From: a virus
Taxonomy: Duplodnaviria; Caudoviricetes
Strand: one strand, 5' to 3'
Length of the DNA stretch: 40,824 nucleotides
Virus record (IMG/VR): IMGVR_UViG_3300049144_000024
Coordinates: 1 to 40,824 of that record
Shown here: in pieces, positions 1-9,336 of the stretch
Layout of the letters: the number at the start of each line of letters is the position of its first letter
Position numbering within the stretch: position 1 is the stretch's first letter
Notes under the pieces: generated by a model
Databases searched by the model: none
What the model was told of the DNA's origin: nothing
The model's input: the letters and a program-made list of their open reading frames with translations, nothing else
Translations under genes and position numbers: made by a program

Positions 1-3000
1 CCTTCGCCCGCAACAAGTCGGGCGCGACCGGGCTCTTCCAGTTCATGCCGGGGACCTTCTCCAGCTCGTTGATCTCGGCGTTGATCGTGTCCTGGCGGAC
101 GTCGAGGCGCTTGTCCTCGATCTTCAGGATCTGGTCGGCGAGCTTCTTCTTCAGCTCGGCCAGGGCCTGGACGTAGCCGTCGAGCTGCTCGCGGGTCTTC
201 TCCTTCGCCGTCTCGATGATGGCGTTCAGCTCGGGATTGATCTTGGTCGGCGCACCTGCCTTCAGGAACTCCATCCGGCCCGCGATCTCCTCGCGCTCCG
301 TCATGATGGAGGTGATCTGGCCCTGGATGCGCTCCAGGTCGTTCTGCGTGCGGGAGTTCTCGGCCTGCTTCAGAAGGTTGTCGACCTGCTGCTGCAGCTT
401 GTCGTCACGCCGCCGCTTGAAGGTCTCCTCCAGCTTGTTGGCCGTCTCCTGGGCGTCCTTGGCCGCCGCGTGGGTGCCGGCCTTCAGGCTTCTGAGCGAT
501 TCCTCGATCGACGACAGCGCCGGGTCGATAACCTCGTTCGAGAGGTGGAGGTCTTCCTTGAGGTAGTCGCGGTAGGCGTTCAGACGCTCGGTGAGAGTGG
601 TGGCCTCGACCGCCAGGTCCTTCTTCAGGTCTTCGAGGCGGCTGCGCTGCACGTCCGGGCTCAGCGACGTGTTGCCGAGGATCGCGTTGTAGCGGGCCGA
701 TGCGCCTCCGGAGAGGTTCTGCTCCGCGTTGTAGAGGCTCTGGAAGTCAGGGGTGCTGCGGATATTGCTCACGGCCTGCTGGTTCTGCAGGACCCCGAGA
801 CGGACGCGATCACCCTGAACGCTCTGGGCGCGGGCGACGGCATCGTCGAGTTCACTCTTGAGGTTTTCGAGCAGCGAGATGCGGGCTTCGAGGGAGCGGA
901 TCTCCGGGGTCGACTCGCCGCCGCTGGCGTCGAGCGCGCTGAACCGCTTGGTGCTCAGATCCGTCATCTGCCTGACGAGGGTCTGGTAGAGCGGGCTCGC
1001 GGAGCCGGCGGCGTCCTTGGTGTCGATGCCGTTCGGACGCAGGGCGTCGATGATCGGGTTGATGTCCGAGCCGAACGCCTTGACGTAGGCGGCCCGGACG
1101 CGGTCCTCGATCGAGCCCTGGCCGGTGAAGGTGGCGCGGGCCGAACCGCCGGGGAGGGCTTCGCCGAGCCGGGTGAAGGCACTGCCGCCACGGACGCGGC
1201 CCTCTTCCTGGCGTGCCCGGATCTGCTGCTCCAGGTTCAGGGTCTGCTGCGACAGGATCGGGGGCAGCTGGTTCTGCAGCTCGCTGCGCAGGCGACGGAG
1301 CGCCTCGATCAGCTCGTCGACGTTGCCAGCGTTCGCCTTCACGGACAGGCCGAGGTCGCCGAAGGCCTTCTGGGCCTCGATCACCGCCGTACGACGCAGG
1401 ACCGGATCGGAGTTCAGCTTGTCGCGACGGGCGATGAGACGCTCGATCTCCTCGTCGACGTTGCCGATCTGCGAGGTCAGGCCGCTCTCGCGGCTCTGCA
1501 GCTGGTTGGTGACGGTCTTGAGCTTGTCGAGCCGGTCGGTGGCCTTGGCGGTCTCGTCGCTGAACTGGGACCAGGCCACGGCGGCGGCGGCGATGCCGGT
1601 GAGCAGCAGGGCCCCGGCGATGATGGGGTTGGCCCGCATCGAGACGTTCAGCGCGTTCGAGGCGGCGGTCGCGCCCCACATCGAGGTCGTCAGCCCGAGG
1701 AAGCCGGCAGTGAGCGAGCCGACCTTGATCGCGATCATCGCCGTTGCGATGGCGGCAAAGCCCGACCCGAGGATCGGGAGCAGGGTCTCGAAGCCGCTGA
1801 CGCTCGACAGGAGATTGGCGAACCCACCCGCGAGCACCTTCGAGGCCTCGACGGCTGGCCGGAAGGCCTTGTCGAGAACGGAGACGACCGTGTTGCCGAC
1901 ACGCTGCAGGACCGCGTAGAGCGACTCGTTCGCCTTGGCGGCGGCCTCTGTGGCGGCGTTCGACAGCAGCAGGGATTCCTGCAGCCGCTTGATCGTCTCG
2001 ACCTGGCCGGTCATGGCCGAGAAGGCCGAGGCGGCCCGGAGGTCGAGGCTCTGCAGCGCCTCGGCGGTGCCGAAGCCCTTCGAGGTCAGGTTCTCAAGGA
2101 CGCCCGTGAAACCGTTCGCCTTGATGTCGACGTCGGCGAGCGAGATGCCGAGGCCGGCCAGCGTGGTCTTCAGCTTGTCGGACGGGGCCATCAGCTCTTG
2201 GATGAGCTGACGCATACCGGTGCCGATGGTGGAGCCGCTGCGGATACCGGCCTGGGCCAGTCCGCCGATGACCGCCGTCAGCTCGGAGAACGAGATGCCG
2301 GCGTCGCCCGCGACGTTGGCCGAGTAGGTGATGCCCAGCGAGAGCTGCTGCATCGAGAGCTTGGTCTGGTTCAGCGCCCCGGTGAAGACGTTGACGATCT
2401 CCCCGGCGCGGTTCGCCTCCATGCCGTAGGCACCGAGGATCGAGGTCGTGACCTCGACGGCTTCCTGCAGCGAGGTGCCGGCCGCCGTGGCGAACTGAGC
2501 GATCTTCGGCAGGACCTTGCCGACCTCGTCGGCCGCGAGACCGGTCTGGCCGAGGGTGATCGCGACCTCGCTCAACTCCTGCACGGAGAAGCGGGAGGTC
2601 TCGGCCACGCCGAGGAGTTGACCCCGGAAGCTCTCCATCTCGGTGTTGGTGGTCTCGGTGATCGCCTGGAACCGCTTCAGGGCGTCGTCGAGATCGCCGA
2701 TCGACTTGAGGGCCAGGGTGGCCGAGGCCACCAGGCCGCCGAACAGCATGTAGTTCCCGGCGAGGCGGGCCTGGAATCCGAAGAGGTTCGCGCCACCGTC
2801 GAGATCGAGGGCGGCGTTGCGGACCTGGGACGAGCGACGGGCGGCGGCGACCGGGTCGAACGGAGCCTTCTCCTTCGCCGGCTGGTTGGCCTTCGCGGCC
2901 TTGTCGGCCTCGGCCTTCGCCTCCTTCGCCCGCTTGTCGAAGAGCTTGTTCTCCTCGACGGCGGCCCGGTAGTCGGCATCGATCTTCCGGCGGGCGGCGA

Positions 3001-4270
3001 CCTCTGCGTTCTTGACGGTGGTCGCCAGGTCTTCCTGGGCCTTCTTGTTGCGGGCCACTTCGGCGCGCAGGTTCGCGAGAATCTGGATCCGCTCGGTCAG
3101 CGTCTTGTTGGCGAGACGCGCCTCCAGCTCGTCGCGACCGATACCGTAGGTCTTCAGCGCGGCCTGGTTCTTGCGGTCCTGCTGCAGGGCGAAGTCGGGG
3201 GACGCGCGCTTCTTCGCCTCACGCTCCCCGGCCGCGATGGCGGCGGCGAGCTTCTTCTCGGCGTCGGCGGCGGCGGTGGCGTCGTTGGCGAGCCCGCGCA
3301 GGATGACCTTGCGCTCTTCGAGTGTGGCCCCGGCGAGCTGCGCGTTCAGGTCATCGCGGGAGACGCCGTACCGGCGCTCGGCCGAGGCGTCCTTGCGCTC
3401 CTGGGCCATGGCGTAGTCGGGATCGGACTGGCGCTTCGCGAGGCGCTCCAGGCGCTTCTCCTCGGCGTCGGCCTCGCGACGGAGCTGGGTGGCCCGACGC
3501 TGGGCCTCTTCGCCGGCCCGGAGGACCGCCGGCAGCTCGGACGGGGCGACGCCCGTGAGCTGGTTGATGCCGTAGCCGAAGCGGCTCTGGATCCGCGCGT
3601 TCGTCGAGTAGTCGCCGATCTCCTTCATCAGATAGGAGCGGGCAAGCCCCTCACCGGAGAAGTTCTTGATCGTGTTGACGGCTTGGTACTGGGTCTTGTT
3701 GAGCTGCGCTTCGAGATAGGCCTGGCTCGTCTTGATCAGACGCTCGGAAGCCTTCGCGGTCGCGTCGGCGATGCGGGCCGCGATCTGCTCGACGGAGGTG
3801 TTGATGGCCGTGATGGCGGCCTGGGTGGCGAAGTTCTGGAGCTGCGCGTCGTCGAGGGTGCGACCATCGGAGGTGCGGGTCTGCAGGATGCCGTTCTTGG
3901 CCGCTGCACGGGACGCGCCCTGCAGCTTGTTGTCGGTGATGACCTGCTGCTTGAGATCGCGGGTTTCCCGCTGACCTTCCATCAGGCTCTTGAGACGGAC
4001 CATCTCGGCTTGGATCTTGCCGAGGGCGGCCGTGTCGTTGTCCTTCGTGGCTGTGGCCGCTGCCCGCTCCATCTCCTTCAGGAGACGGGTGTTCTCGACG
4101 AGGTTCTTGTTCAGCGCGTCGGTGTAGACGACCGCTGTCTTGAAGCTCTCGGCGAGACCCTGTGCACCCTTCAGGGCATTCTGCAGGGCTGCGACAGCCC
4201 CGTTCATGTCCCTGACGAAGTCGACGGAGTCGAGATCTAGGCCGACCTCAATTTCGGTATCATCAGCCAA
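1..4270 (-). CDS. Tail tape measure protein, TP901 family (partial, about 1423 codons open to the window edge)
   Basis: Absent from the ORF track because it has no stop in the window. TTG start at 4270 after GAGGA (MADDTEIEVGLDLDS). Ala/Lys/Glu-rich, with core ...EVTTSILGAYGMEANRAGE... Follows the tail chaperone. The last ~20 codons may not be genuine (see findings). Confidence 0.92.
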   Translation of the reverse strand, partial: MADDTEIEVGLDLDSVDFVRDMNGAVAALQNALKGAQGLAESFKTAVVYTDALNKNLVENTRLLKEMERAAATATKDNDTAALGKIQAEMVRLKSLMEGQRETRDLKQQVITDNKLQGASRAAAKNGILQTRTSDGRTLDDAQLQNFATQAAITAINTSVEQIAARIADATAKASERLIKTSQAYLEAQLNKTQYQAVNTIKNFSGEGLARSYLMKEIGDYSTNARIQSRFGYGINQLTGVAPSELPAVLRAGEEAQRRATQLRREADAEEKRLERLAKRQSDPDYAMAQERKDASAERRYGVSRDDLNAQLAGATLEERKVILRGLANDATAAADAEKKLAAAIAAGEREAKKRASPDFALQQDRKNQAALKTYGIGRDELEARLANKTLTERIQILANLRAEVARNKKAQEDLATTVKNAEVAARRKIDADYRAAVEENKLFDKRAKEAKAEADKAAKANQPAKEKAPFDPVAAARRSSQVRNAALDLDGGANLFGFQARLAGNYMLFGGLVASATLALKSIGDLDDALKRFQAITETTNTEMESFRGQLLGVAETSRFSVQELSEVAITLGQTGLAADEVGKVLPKIAQFATAAGTSLQEAVEVTTSILGAYGMEANRAGEIVNVFTGALNQTKLSMQQLSLGITYSANVAGDAGISFSELTAVIGGLAQAGIRSGSTIGTGMRQLIQELMAPSDKLKTTLAGLGISLADVDIKANGFTGVLENLTSKGFGTAEALQSLDLRAASAFSAMTGQVETIKRLQESLLLSNAATEAAAKANESLYAVLQRVGNTVVSVLDKAFRPAVEASKVLAGGFANLLSSVSGFETLLPILGSGFAAIATAMIAIKVGSLTAGFLGLTTSMWGATAASNALNVSMRANPIIAGALLLTGIAAAAVAWSQFSDETAKATDRLDKLKTVTNQLQSRESGLTSQIGNVDEEIERLIARRDKLNSDPVLRRTAVIEAQKAFGDLGLSVKANAGNVDELIEALRRLRSELQNQLPPILSQQTLNLEQQIRARQEEGRVRGGSAFTRLGEALPGGSARATFTGQGSIEDRVRAAYVKAFGSDINPIIDALRPNGIDTKDAAGSASPLYQTLVRQMTDLSTKRFSALDASGGESTPEIRSLEARISLLENLKSELDDAVARAQSVQGDRVRLGVLQNQQAVSNIRSTPDFQSLYNAEQNLSGGASARYNAILGNTSLSPDVQRSRLEDLKKDLAVEATTLTERLNAYRDYLKEDLHLSNEVIDPALSSIEESLRSLKAGTHAAAKDAQETANKLEETFKRRRDDKLQQQVDNLLKQAENSRTQNDLERIQGQITSIMTEREEIAGRMEFLKAGAPTKINPELNAIIETAKEKTREQLDGYVQALAELKKKLADQILKIEDKRLDVRQDTINAEINELEKVPGMNWKSPVAPDLLRAK

Positions 4271-4637
4271 GTGCGTTGATCCTCGCTGCAGCAGCCATTG
4301 CGTCCTCGACAGTCCCGGCCGTGCCCTCCTGCGCGGTCTTGTCCTTGTCCTCGCCCTTGCCGAAGATCTGAGCGGCCACGAACATCAGGCTTTCCGTCAT
4401 CGCCATGGTCTTCACCATCTCGTATTGGATGCGGAGCCCGGACATTCGCTTCAGATCTTCGTAGGAGTGGGACCAGTAGAGTTCACGGAGGGCGCTCGGT
4501 TTGACGTCGAAACAAAAGATCAGGGTGTCTTCGAAGCTGCGCTTCCCAAACCAGTCAGCGACGAGCCGATTGCCTTCAGCTGCTCCGCGTTCTGATCCAC
4601 CAGCGTCAGGGTCTTTCGGAGCCGACGAATAAAAAAA
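4263..4637 (-). CDS. Tail assembly chaperone frameshift extension (gpT-like part of a gpGT fusion)
   Basis: The -1 frame is open from the T7 run (4631-4637) to TGA at 4263 and includes the track ORF 4263..4445. Confidence 0.75.
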   Translation of the reverse strand, partial: FFYSSAPKDPDAGGSERGAAEGNRLVADWFGKRSFEDTLIFCFDVKPSALRELYWSHSYEDLKRMSGLRIQYEMVKTMAMTESLMFVAAQIFGKGEDKDKTAQEGTAGTVEDAMAAAARINALG

Positions 4638-4924
4638 TCGAGGACGTGCTCCTTCACCCAGTCGAGGATTTGCTCGGCGTTCTCGGGCGACATCTCGGGC
4701 AGCACGAAGTCGTCGGCGATGCGCCCCTTGGCGTCGCGCGGAGCGAGGACCGCTGCGAGGATCTGGATGGAGAGATCAGGATTGAGCCCGATGGCCGCGA
4801 CGCGGTTGAGATCGCCGACCAGGCGGGTGCTCTCGTTCAACAGGCCGAAGCTCATGAACAGCTCACGCTTCTCGTCGCCGATCAGGACTTCGATATGGGA
4901 CTTCGGGCTCGGTTTATCAGTCAT
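4520..4924 (-). CDS. Tail assembly chaperone (gpG-like), 134 aa
   Basis: ATG at 4924 after GAGGGG; lies between tail tube and tape measure; contains GAT TTT TTT ATT slippery site. Confidence 0.8.
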   Translation of the reverse strand: MTDKPSPKSHIEVLIGDEKRELFMSFGLLNESTRLVGDLNRVAAIGLNPDLSIQILAAVLAPRDAKGRIADDFVLPEMSPENAEQILDWVKEHVLDFFIRRLRKTLTLVDQNAEQLKAIGSSLTGLGSAASKTP

Positions 4925-4964
4925 ATTCCCCTCGTTGAGTAGTCGAGTGAAATGTGGTGACTGA

Positions 4965-5000
4965 AAAGCAAAAGAAAAGACCCCCTCCGGGGAGGGGGTC
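4965..5000 (-). terminator. Rho-independent terminator
   Basis: GACCCCCTCC-GG-GGAGGGGGTC inverted repeat (4979-5000) followed on the minus strand by TTTTCTTTTGCTTTT. Confidence 0.75.
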
Positions 5001-5070
5001 CAGTCAGCAACCAAGGAGAACAGATCGATGGACGACCTGTCCATTACATGGTGAAAACTTGGAAAAATGC

Positions 5071-5097
5071 AACACCCCGGCGTGAGCCGGGGTGTTT
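5071..5097. terminator. Terminator-like hairpin after the tail tube gene
   Basis: AACACCCCGGC-GTGA-GCCGGGGTGTT, with short T tracts on both sides. Confidence 0.65.
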
Positions 5098-5122
5098 CTC
5101 TGGATCGTAAGGAGGGGCGGGC

Positions 5123-5917
5123 TTACGGGACCAGAACAGCCATACGCTGCGGGAAGAGCGCAGAGTAGCCCTCGTCGGCCGGGGTCGGAGCCATCGGGCT
5201 GAACTCGAACGGGAGGTTCGAGAAGTTGTCCGAGGTAAAGGCCATCGCGAAGCCGCGCGTGATACGCACCTTCGGGAAGTGCAGGATCATCGGGCGCTTG
5301 TCGTTCACGGCGGTGCCGATCACGCGAACCGCGAAGTAGTTGTTCGACTGCGTCGGGTCGGCGTCGATCTTGTTGAGCACGCCCACGCGACCGCCGGTCG
5401 TGAAGTTCATGCTCGCCGGCACCGGATAACCCGTGAAGGTGATCGTGGTGTTGGTCGAGAACGATACCGAGGCTACGCGCGCGATGTGGATCTGGTCGCC
5501 GGCACCTTCCTGGAGGAAGATCCAGGAGCCGACCGGGAACTTCGCGGTCTGGTCGCTGGCGACCGTGCAGGTCGTGGCCGCAGCGGCGACGGCCGACTGG
5601 AGCGGGAACACGTCCTTGATGACCTGGAAGCCCGAACCGTCGAGGCCGAGACCGTAGGCCAGGTTCTTCGCGGTGTACTCGTACACCTCGCAGGAACCGG
5701 TGATGTTCACCGCGTTCACGACGGTGGACACGATTTCGTTGGTGATGCCCTGCGTCAGGTCGATCTTCGACGTCTCGGCGTTCACCTGCAGGCCCTTCAC
5801 GAGGCCGAGGGAGTGGACAGCGGGATTGATCGCGAGCTGGGATGCCATTGGGGCCACGCACAGCGTCGCCGTCGAGAAATGAAACTGGTTAGTTTGGGCT
5901 GAGCCGGGTGTTGCCAC
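5123..5917 (-). CDS. Major tail (tube) protein, 264 aa
   Basis: GTG start after GGAG; beta-rich Thr/Val/Ala composition; position upstream of chaperone and tape measure. Confidence 0.75.
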   Translation of the reverse strand: MATPGSAQTNQFHFSTATLCVAPMASQLAINPAVHSLGLVKGLQVNAETSKIDLTQGITNEIVSTVVNAVNITGSCEVYEYTAKNLAYGLGLDGSGFQVIKDVFPLQSAVAAAATTCTVASDQTAKFPVGSWIFLQEGAGDQIHIARVASVSFSTNTTITFTGYPVPASMNFTTGGRVGVLNKIDADPTQSNNYFAVRVIGTAVNDKRPMILHFPKVRITRGFAMAFTSDNFSNLPFEFSPMAPTPADEGYSALFPQRMAVLVP

Positions 5918-6011
5918 GGGAGGGTTCTCCACAAAGAAAATCTGCCCTTGCAATATGTAAAGGGCACCCCACCTCTGCAATTAGACACCCATTGTATTTG
6001 GATGGAATCAA

Positions 6012-6224
6012 GTGAGCTTGCAGCAAACTACTGTCAGTATGCCACCGGAACTTCTCGCTGTTGTTCGCCAGAGGGCCGAAATCAATCGTCGCAGCGTTGC
6101 CGGGGAGATCACCTACTTGGTGGAGTGCGCCCTGGCCGAGAAGTCGGAGACCACTAGGGAGTTTCTGCACCTGCTCCATCGAGCACAAGGCGCGCCGAAG
6201 CTTGAAGCGACAGGGCAGGCCTGA
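6012..6224 (+). CDS. Arc-family ribbon-helix-helix DNA-binding protein
   Basis: TTVSMPPELLAVVRQRAEINRRSVAGEITYLVECAL fits the Arc pattern (beta strand-P-helix-A..N.RS...EI). Confidence 0.8.
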   Translation: MSLQQTTVSMPPELLAVVRQRAEINRRSVAGEITYLVECALAEKSETTREFLHLLHRAQGAPKLEATGQA

Positions 6225-6603
6225 TCTCGACCCGGTTGATCGGCGTCACCGTGGTGCCGTCGAACACCGTGATCATGCCGATCCTGTCGCCCGTGTTCGG
6301 GTCGTAGGCCGGGAAGGCGCTCTCGGCCTGCAGGCGCTTCGAGAAGAAGTCCGCGTAGTCGGTGAGGCGCAGGATGTTGGGGTCGGTGAAGGTCACCATT
6401 CCGATCCCGAAAACGATGTCGCAGAACTTGTCCCGCTCGGTGTAGGCAAAGCCGATGGCACCGATCAGATCCGCGTTCGGCAGCTCCTGGGTTTCGCCAT
6501 GGGCGTCCCAGTCGAGATACTCGACCGGCATGTCGCTCGCCGGTAGTTCGGCGATGGAATCGAGGATGAAGCGGACGACAGACTTGCGGGCGATTGCGTA
6601 CAT
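6154..6603 (-). CDS. Putative tail terminator/completion protein
   Basis: 149 aa, acidic; synteny just upstream of the tail tube. Confidence 0.55.
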   Translation of the reverse strand: MYAIARKSVVRFILDSIAELPASDMPVEYLDWDAHGETQELPNADLIGAIGFAYTERDKFCDIVFGIGMVTFTDPNILRLTDYADFFSKRLQAESAFPAYDPNTGDRIGMITVFDGTTVTPINRVEIRPALSLQASARLVLDGAGAETP

Positions 6604-6621
6604 GAGCCCTATGTGGGGGCG

Positions 6622-6810
6622 CTATTCTTTTCCGGCAACCAGCTCTTCCATGGTGGTGCCGAAGAGGTCTTCGAACGACGCAGACAGCAGGAAGCGGGCG
6701 ACCGCCTCCTTCACCTCGTCCGACGCCGTGATCGGGCCGCACTCGGCCTCGTGCGACGCGATGATCTCCGGGTCGATCTCATCCCACGCCTTCGAATTGC
6801 CGTCCCGCAT
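6622..6810 (-). CDS. Hypothetical protein, 62 aa
   Basis: GAGG upstream; fills a gap in the operon. Confidence 0.5.
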   Translation of the reverse strand: MRDGNSKAWDEIDPEIIASHEAECGPITASDEVKEAVARFLLSASFEDLFGTTMEELVAGKE

Positions 6811-7693
6811 CGGCTCGCCTCGACCTCTTCCGTTTGAGCGCCTTGTTCACCGCTCCACCGAACACGACGGGGAGGCGGCTCAACACCCAGAAAGCTAGGG
6901 CAGGTTGGATGAAAGGTCTATGGGGACGGTTAAAATGAGTGTCGGTTCCCTCCATAATTCGCCCGAGATTGGCGAGCTTGGCGAGGGTCACCTCCTGATT
7001 GGCGGTCTTGAGGTAGGACAGGATCAGCTTCTCGCTGCCGTAGCGATCTCCGACCGCCCCTCTGTCGGCGAGGAGGCCCGTTCGGAAACGCGGGTTCATC
7101 AGCGCCCTGATCCTCGCGACCTTGTCGCCGCTCTCCGTCTTCTCGATTGAGATCGCCGGGTTGACCAGCCCCACGAAGGCGGGGCCGAGCCCCTCGACCA
7201 GCGCCTGCTTCAGCTCACCGGAATTGATGAAGTAGGTGGTGTGCCTCTTGTTCCTGATCGTCCTCGGGCTGAGCGCAGCCCACCGGATCGCCGTGACCGG
7301 TCGCTCCCGGCGGAAGCGGCGGTTGACCGTGAAGCCCGCACCATCCGTCGCCGCCGGTCCGAGCCCGGTCAGGTTGATCTGAATGGTCTCAGCCGGGGAG
7401 GGGCCGCGCTTGCGTCGGCTCGATGTGTTCGGGGATTCGATCCGCGTGAAGTAGTTGGCGACCTGGCGGCCGAATTTGCTGAGGTCCCGCTCGACGTCCC
7501 GGATGATGCCTTCCCGGTTGAGCATGATCGCCCGATAGACGAGGGAGCTGGAGAGGGCTTTCGCCTCCTCGCGCACCTCGGCGCGGAACGCCCTCTCGAT
7601 GTAGCCTGCACCCGCCAGCATCCCGGCCTCGACGGCAGCTGCCGGTCCACCCTTGGAGAACCGGTTGATCCTGATGGCGATCTTGAAGGCCAT
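6779..7693 (-). CDS. Putative neck/tail-component protein (HK97 gp10-like), basic
   Basis: Synteny; RPHRPFIQPAL resembles the RPFxxPA motif of this class. Confidence 0.5.
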   Translation of the reverse strand: MAFKIAIRINRFSKGGPAAAVEAGMLAGAGYIERAFRAEVREEAKALSSSLVYRAIMLNREGIIRDVERDLSKFGRQVANYFTRIESPNTSSRRKRGPSPAETIQINLTGLGPAATDGAGFTVNRRFRRERPVTAIRWAALSPRTIRNKRHTTYFINSGELKQALVEGLGPAFVGLVNPAISIEKTESGDKVARIRALMNPRFRTGLLADRGAVGDRYGSEKLILSYLKTANQEVTLAKLANLGRIMEGTDTHFNRPHRPFIQPALAFWVLSRLPVVFGGAVNKALKRKRSRRADAGRQFEGVG

Positions 7694-8238
7694 TACTGGA
7701 CCTCGGCGACCCAGATCCCGAAGATCGACGTCAGCCGGCGCACGGTCGCGTCATGGATCTTGTCGTTGAGCTGGATCGGGTAACCCGTGATGATGCGCTG
7801 CCGGTCCTCGGAGACGCGCAGGCCGTAGTCGGGCTGCTCGCGACCGTAGGTTTCGAGCGCGCACCAGATCGGCCCCAGCTCCTTCTCGCTCGATCCGCGC
7901 GCCTGTCCGGTGACGGGGTCCTTGGTGGTCTCCAGCCGCTTCCACGACAGGAGGTCCGTCATGCGAAAGAGCTTGAAGACGCGGTCGGCGCGCTTGCCGG
8001 CGACGAAGTGCTGATCGTGCTCGGCCACAAGGTACTTGCGATCCCAGCCGTCGATGATGACGTCGGCGGCCTTGACCGGCTCGTCGCGACGTACGCGCAG
8101 GACGAGGCGGGCCTCGGCGAAGGTGTCGGTCGGCAGAGCGCCCTCGCTCGCGGGCATGATCGAGCCACGGAAGCGCGTCCCCGTGAGGGTCGTCAACCAG
8201 GTCTGGCTGCGGGCGAGGGTGCGGTCGAGGGTCTTCAT
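7693..8238 (-). CDS. Putative head closure protein
   Basis: 181 aa; start/stop overlaps with both neighbours; synteny. Confidence 0.55.
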   Translation of the reverse strand: MKTLDRTLARSQTWLTTLTGTRFRGSIMPASEGALPTDTFAEARLVLRVRRDEPVKAADVIIDGWDRKYLVAEHDQHFVAGKRADRVFKLFRMTDLLSWKRLETTKDPVTGQARGSSEKELGPIWCALETYGREQPDYGLRVSEDRQRIITGYPIQLNDKIHDATVRRLTSIFGIWVAEVQ

Positions 8239-8951
8239 CCGGTGATCGGGTCCGTGGGCTCGGCGAAGAGGAGGACGCTCGGCTGCGTGGTGGCGATGCC
8301 GGTGATGGCCGTCAGCGCCTGCGAGCGCAGGGCGGCGGCGTCCCGGAGAAACCGGTCGAAGTCGGGGGCGGTGCGGAAACGCTCGAACCGGTTCGGTCCG
8401 TCAGCCGTCGCCATGAGCACCCGGTTCTGCAGGGAGGGAATGAGATCGATGACCGCCTGCGCGACGATCGCCTTGTTGGCGAGCTGCTCCAGGCGGGTGC
8501 CCGAGGCGAGGGCGGCGTCGAGCCGGTCCTTGGCGGCGTCTTCCTCGACGGCCAGGTAGGCGGCGAACAGGTCGACCTCTTCGTCCGTCAGCTCGTCCTC
8601 GTTGAGGCCGAGGAAGGTCCGGACGTCGGTGGCCGACGCGGTGTAGTTGACCAGCGGGACGATGCGGTACTGGACGCGGGTCGTGAAGCTCTTGCCCCCG
8701 GTGCGCCACCGCAGCCACAGGGTGCGCTTCTCGAAGCGCCGGCCGCCACCGATGAGGTGCTTGTCGGAGGCCAGGAAGATGTTGACCCCGGTGGCACCGG
8801 GGTCGGGGTTCGCGGCTACGTCTGCGACCAGATACTGTCCGCTCTGGTCGAAGAGGCTGTAGACCGTCGTATCAGGATCGGGAATGAGCATCCCGGTCGG
8901 GGTGGTGAAATCCACCCTGATCGACGCGGAGGTTCCAACCAGGACGTCCAT
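8235..8951 (-). CDS. Putative head-tail adaptor
   Basis: 238 aa; YTASATDVRTFLG...LTDEEV resembles an adaptor motif; synteny after the capsid. Confidence 0.55.
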   Translation of the reverse strand: MDVLVGTSASIRVDFTTPTGMLIPDPDTTVYSLFDQSGQYLVADVAANPDPGATGVNIFLASDKHLIGGGRRFEKRTLWLRWRTGGKSFTTRVQYRIVPLVNYTASATDVRTFLGLNEDELTDEEVDLFAAYLAVEEDAAKDRLDAALASGTRLEQLANKAIVAQAVIDLIPSLQNRVLMATADGPNRFERFRTAPDFDRFLRDAAALRSQALTAITGIATTQPSVLLFAEPTDPITG

Positions 8952-8960
8952 CGCTCAATC

Positions 8961-9275
8961 CTACTTCTTGGCTGCGGGCTTCTTGTTGGCCTTGGGGTCC
9001 TGCTCTGGGGCGCCAACGCCGTCGACGGGGTACGCCGAGACGAATGCCTCAAGAGCCAGGTCCAGATTACCATCAGATTCAGCAACATATTTGAGCCACT
9101 CCTCGTCCGTCGCATCGTCGTTGACCTGGCCCTTTACGGAGAGCTGGCCGAGCGCAATGCGGGACTGGGAGAAGTTGCTGGGTGGGGCCACGGTGTAGCC
9201 CTCGAACCGGACCAGCGTGCCGGTGTCGGCATCGACGATCTGGAAGGATCCGGTCGTTTCGAGAATGTTCTTCAT
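8961..9275 (-). CDS. Hypothetical virion-associated protein, 104 aa
   Basis: GAGG upstream; directly after the major capsid gene. Confidence 0.6.
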   Translation of the reverse strand: MKNILETTGSFQIVDADTGTLVRFEGYTVAPPSNFSQSRIALGQLSVKGQVNDDATDEEWLKYVAESDGNLDLALEAFVSAYPVDGVGAPEQDPKANKKPAAKK

Positions 9276-9301
9276 ACGCGCCTCTCAAGATCCAAAGGTG
9301 A

Positions 9302-9325
9302 ACCCGGCCCCTCACGGGGCCGGGT
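9302..9325 (-). terminator. Hairpin after the major capsid gene
   Basis: ACCCGGCCCC-TCAC-GGGGCCGGGT, 10 bp stem; weak U tract. Confidence 0.55.
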
Positions 9326-9336
9326 CGCTACAACCG

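Noticed and set aside
470-4240. 1256 aa plus-strand ORF
   Set aside because: Antisense shadow of the tape measure gene; high-GC codon bias suppresses stops on the opposite strand, and it has no recognisable motif
4925-5044. Upstream start extensions given by the ORF track (5044, 5980, 16267, 20432, 20645, 23104, 24970, 27959)
   Set aside because: They run through terminators, palindromes, spacers or neighbouring genes; downstream starts have a better RBS or coupling
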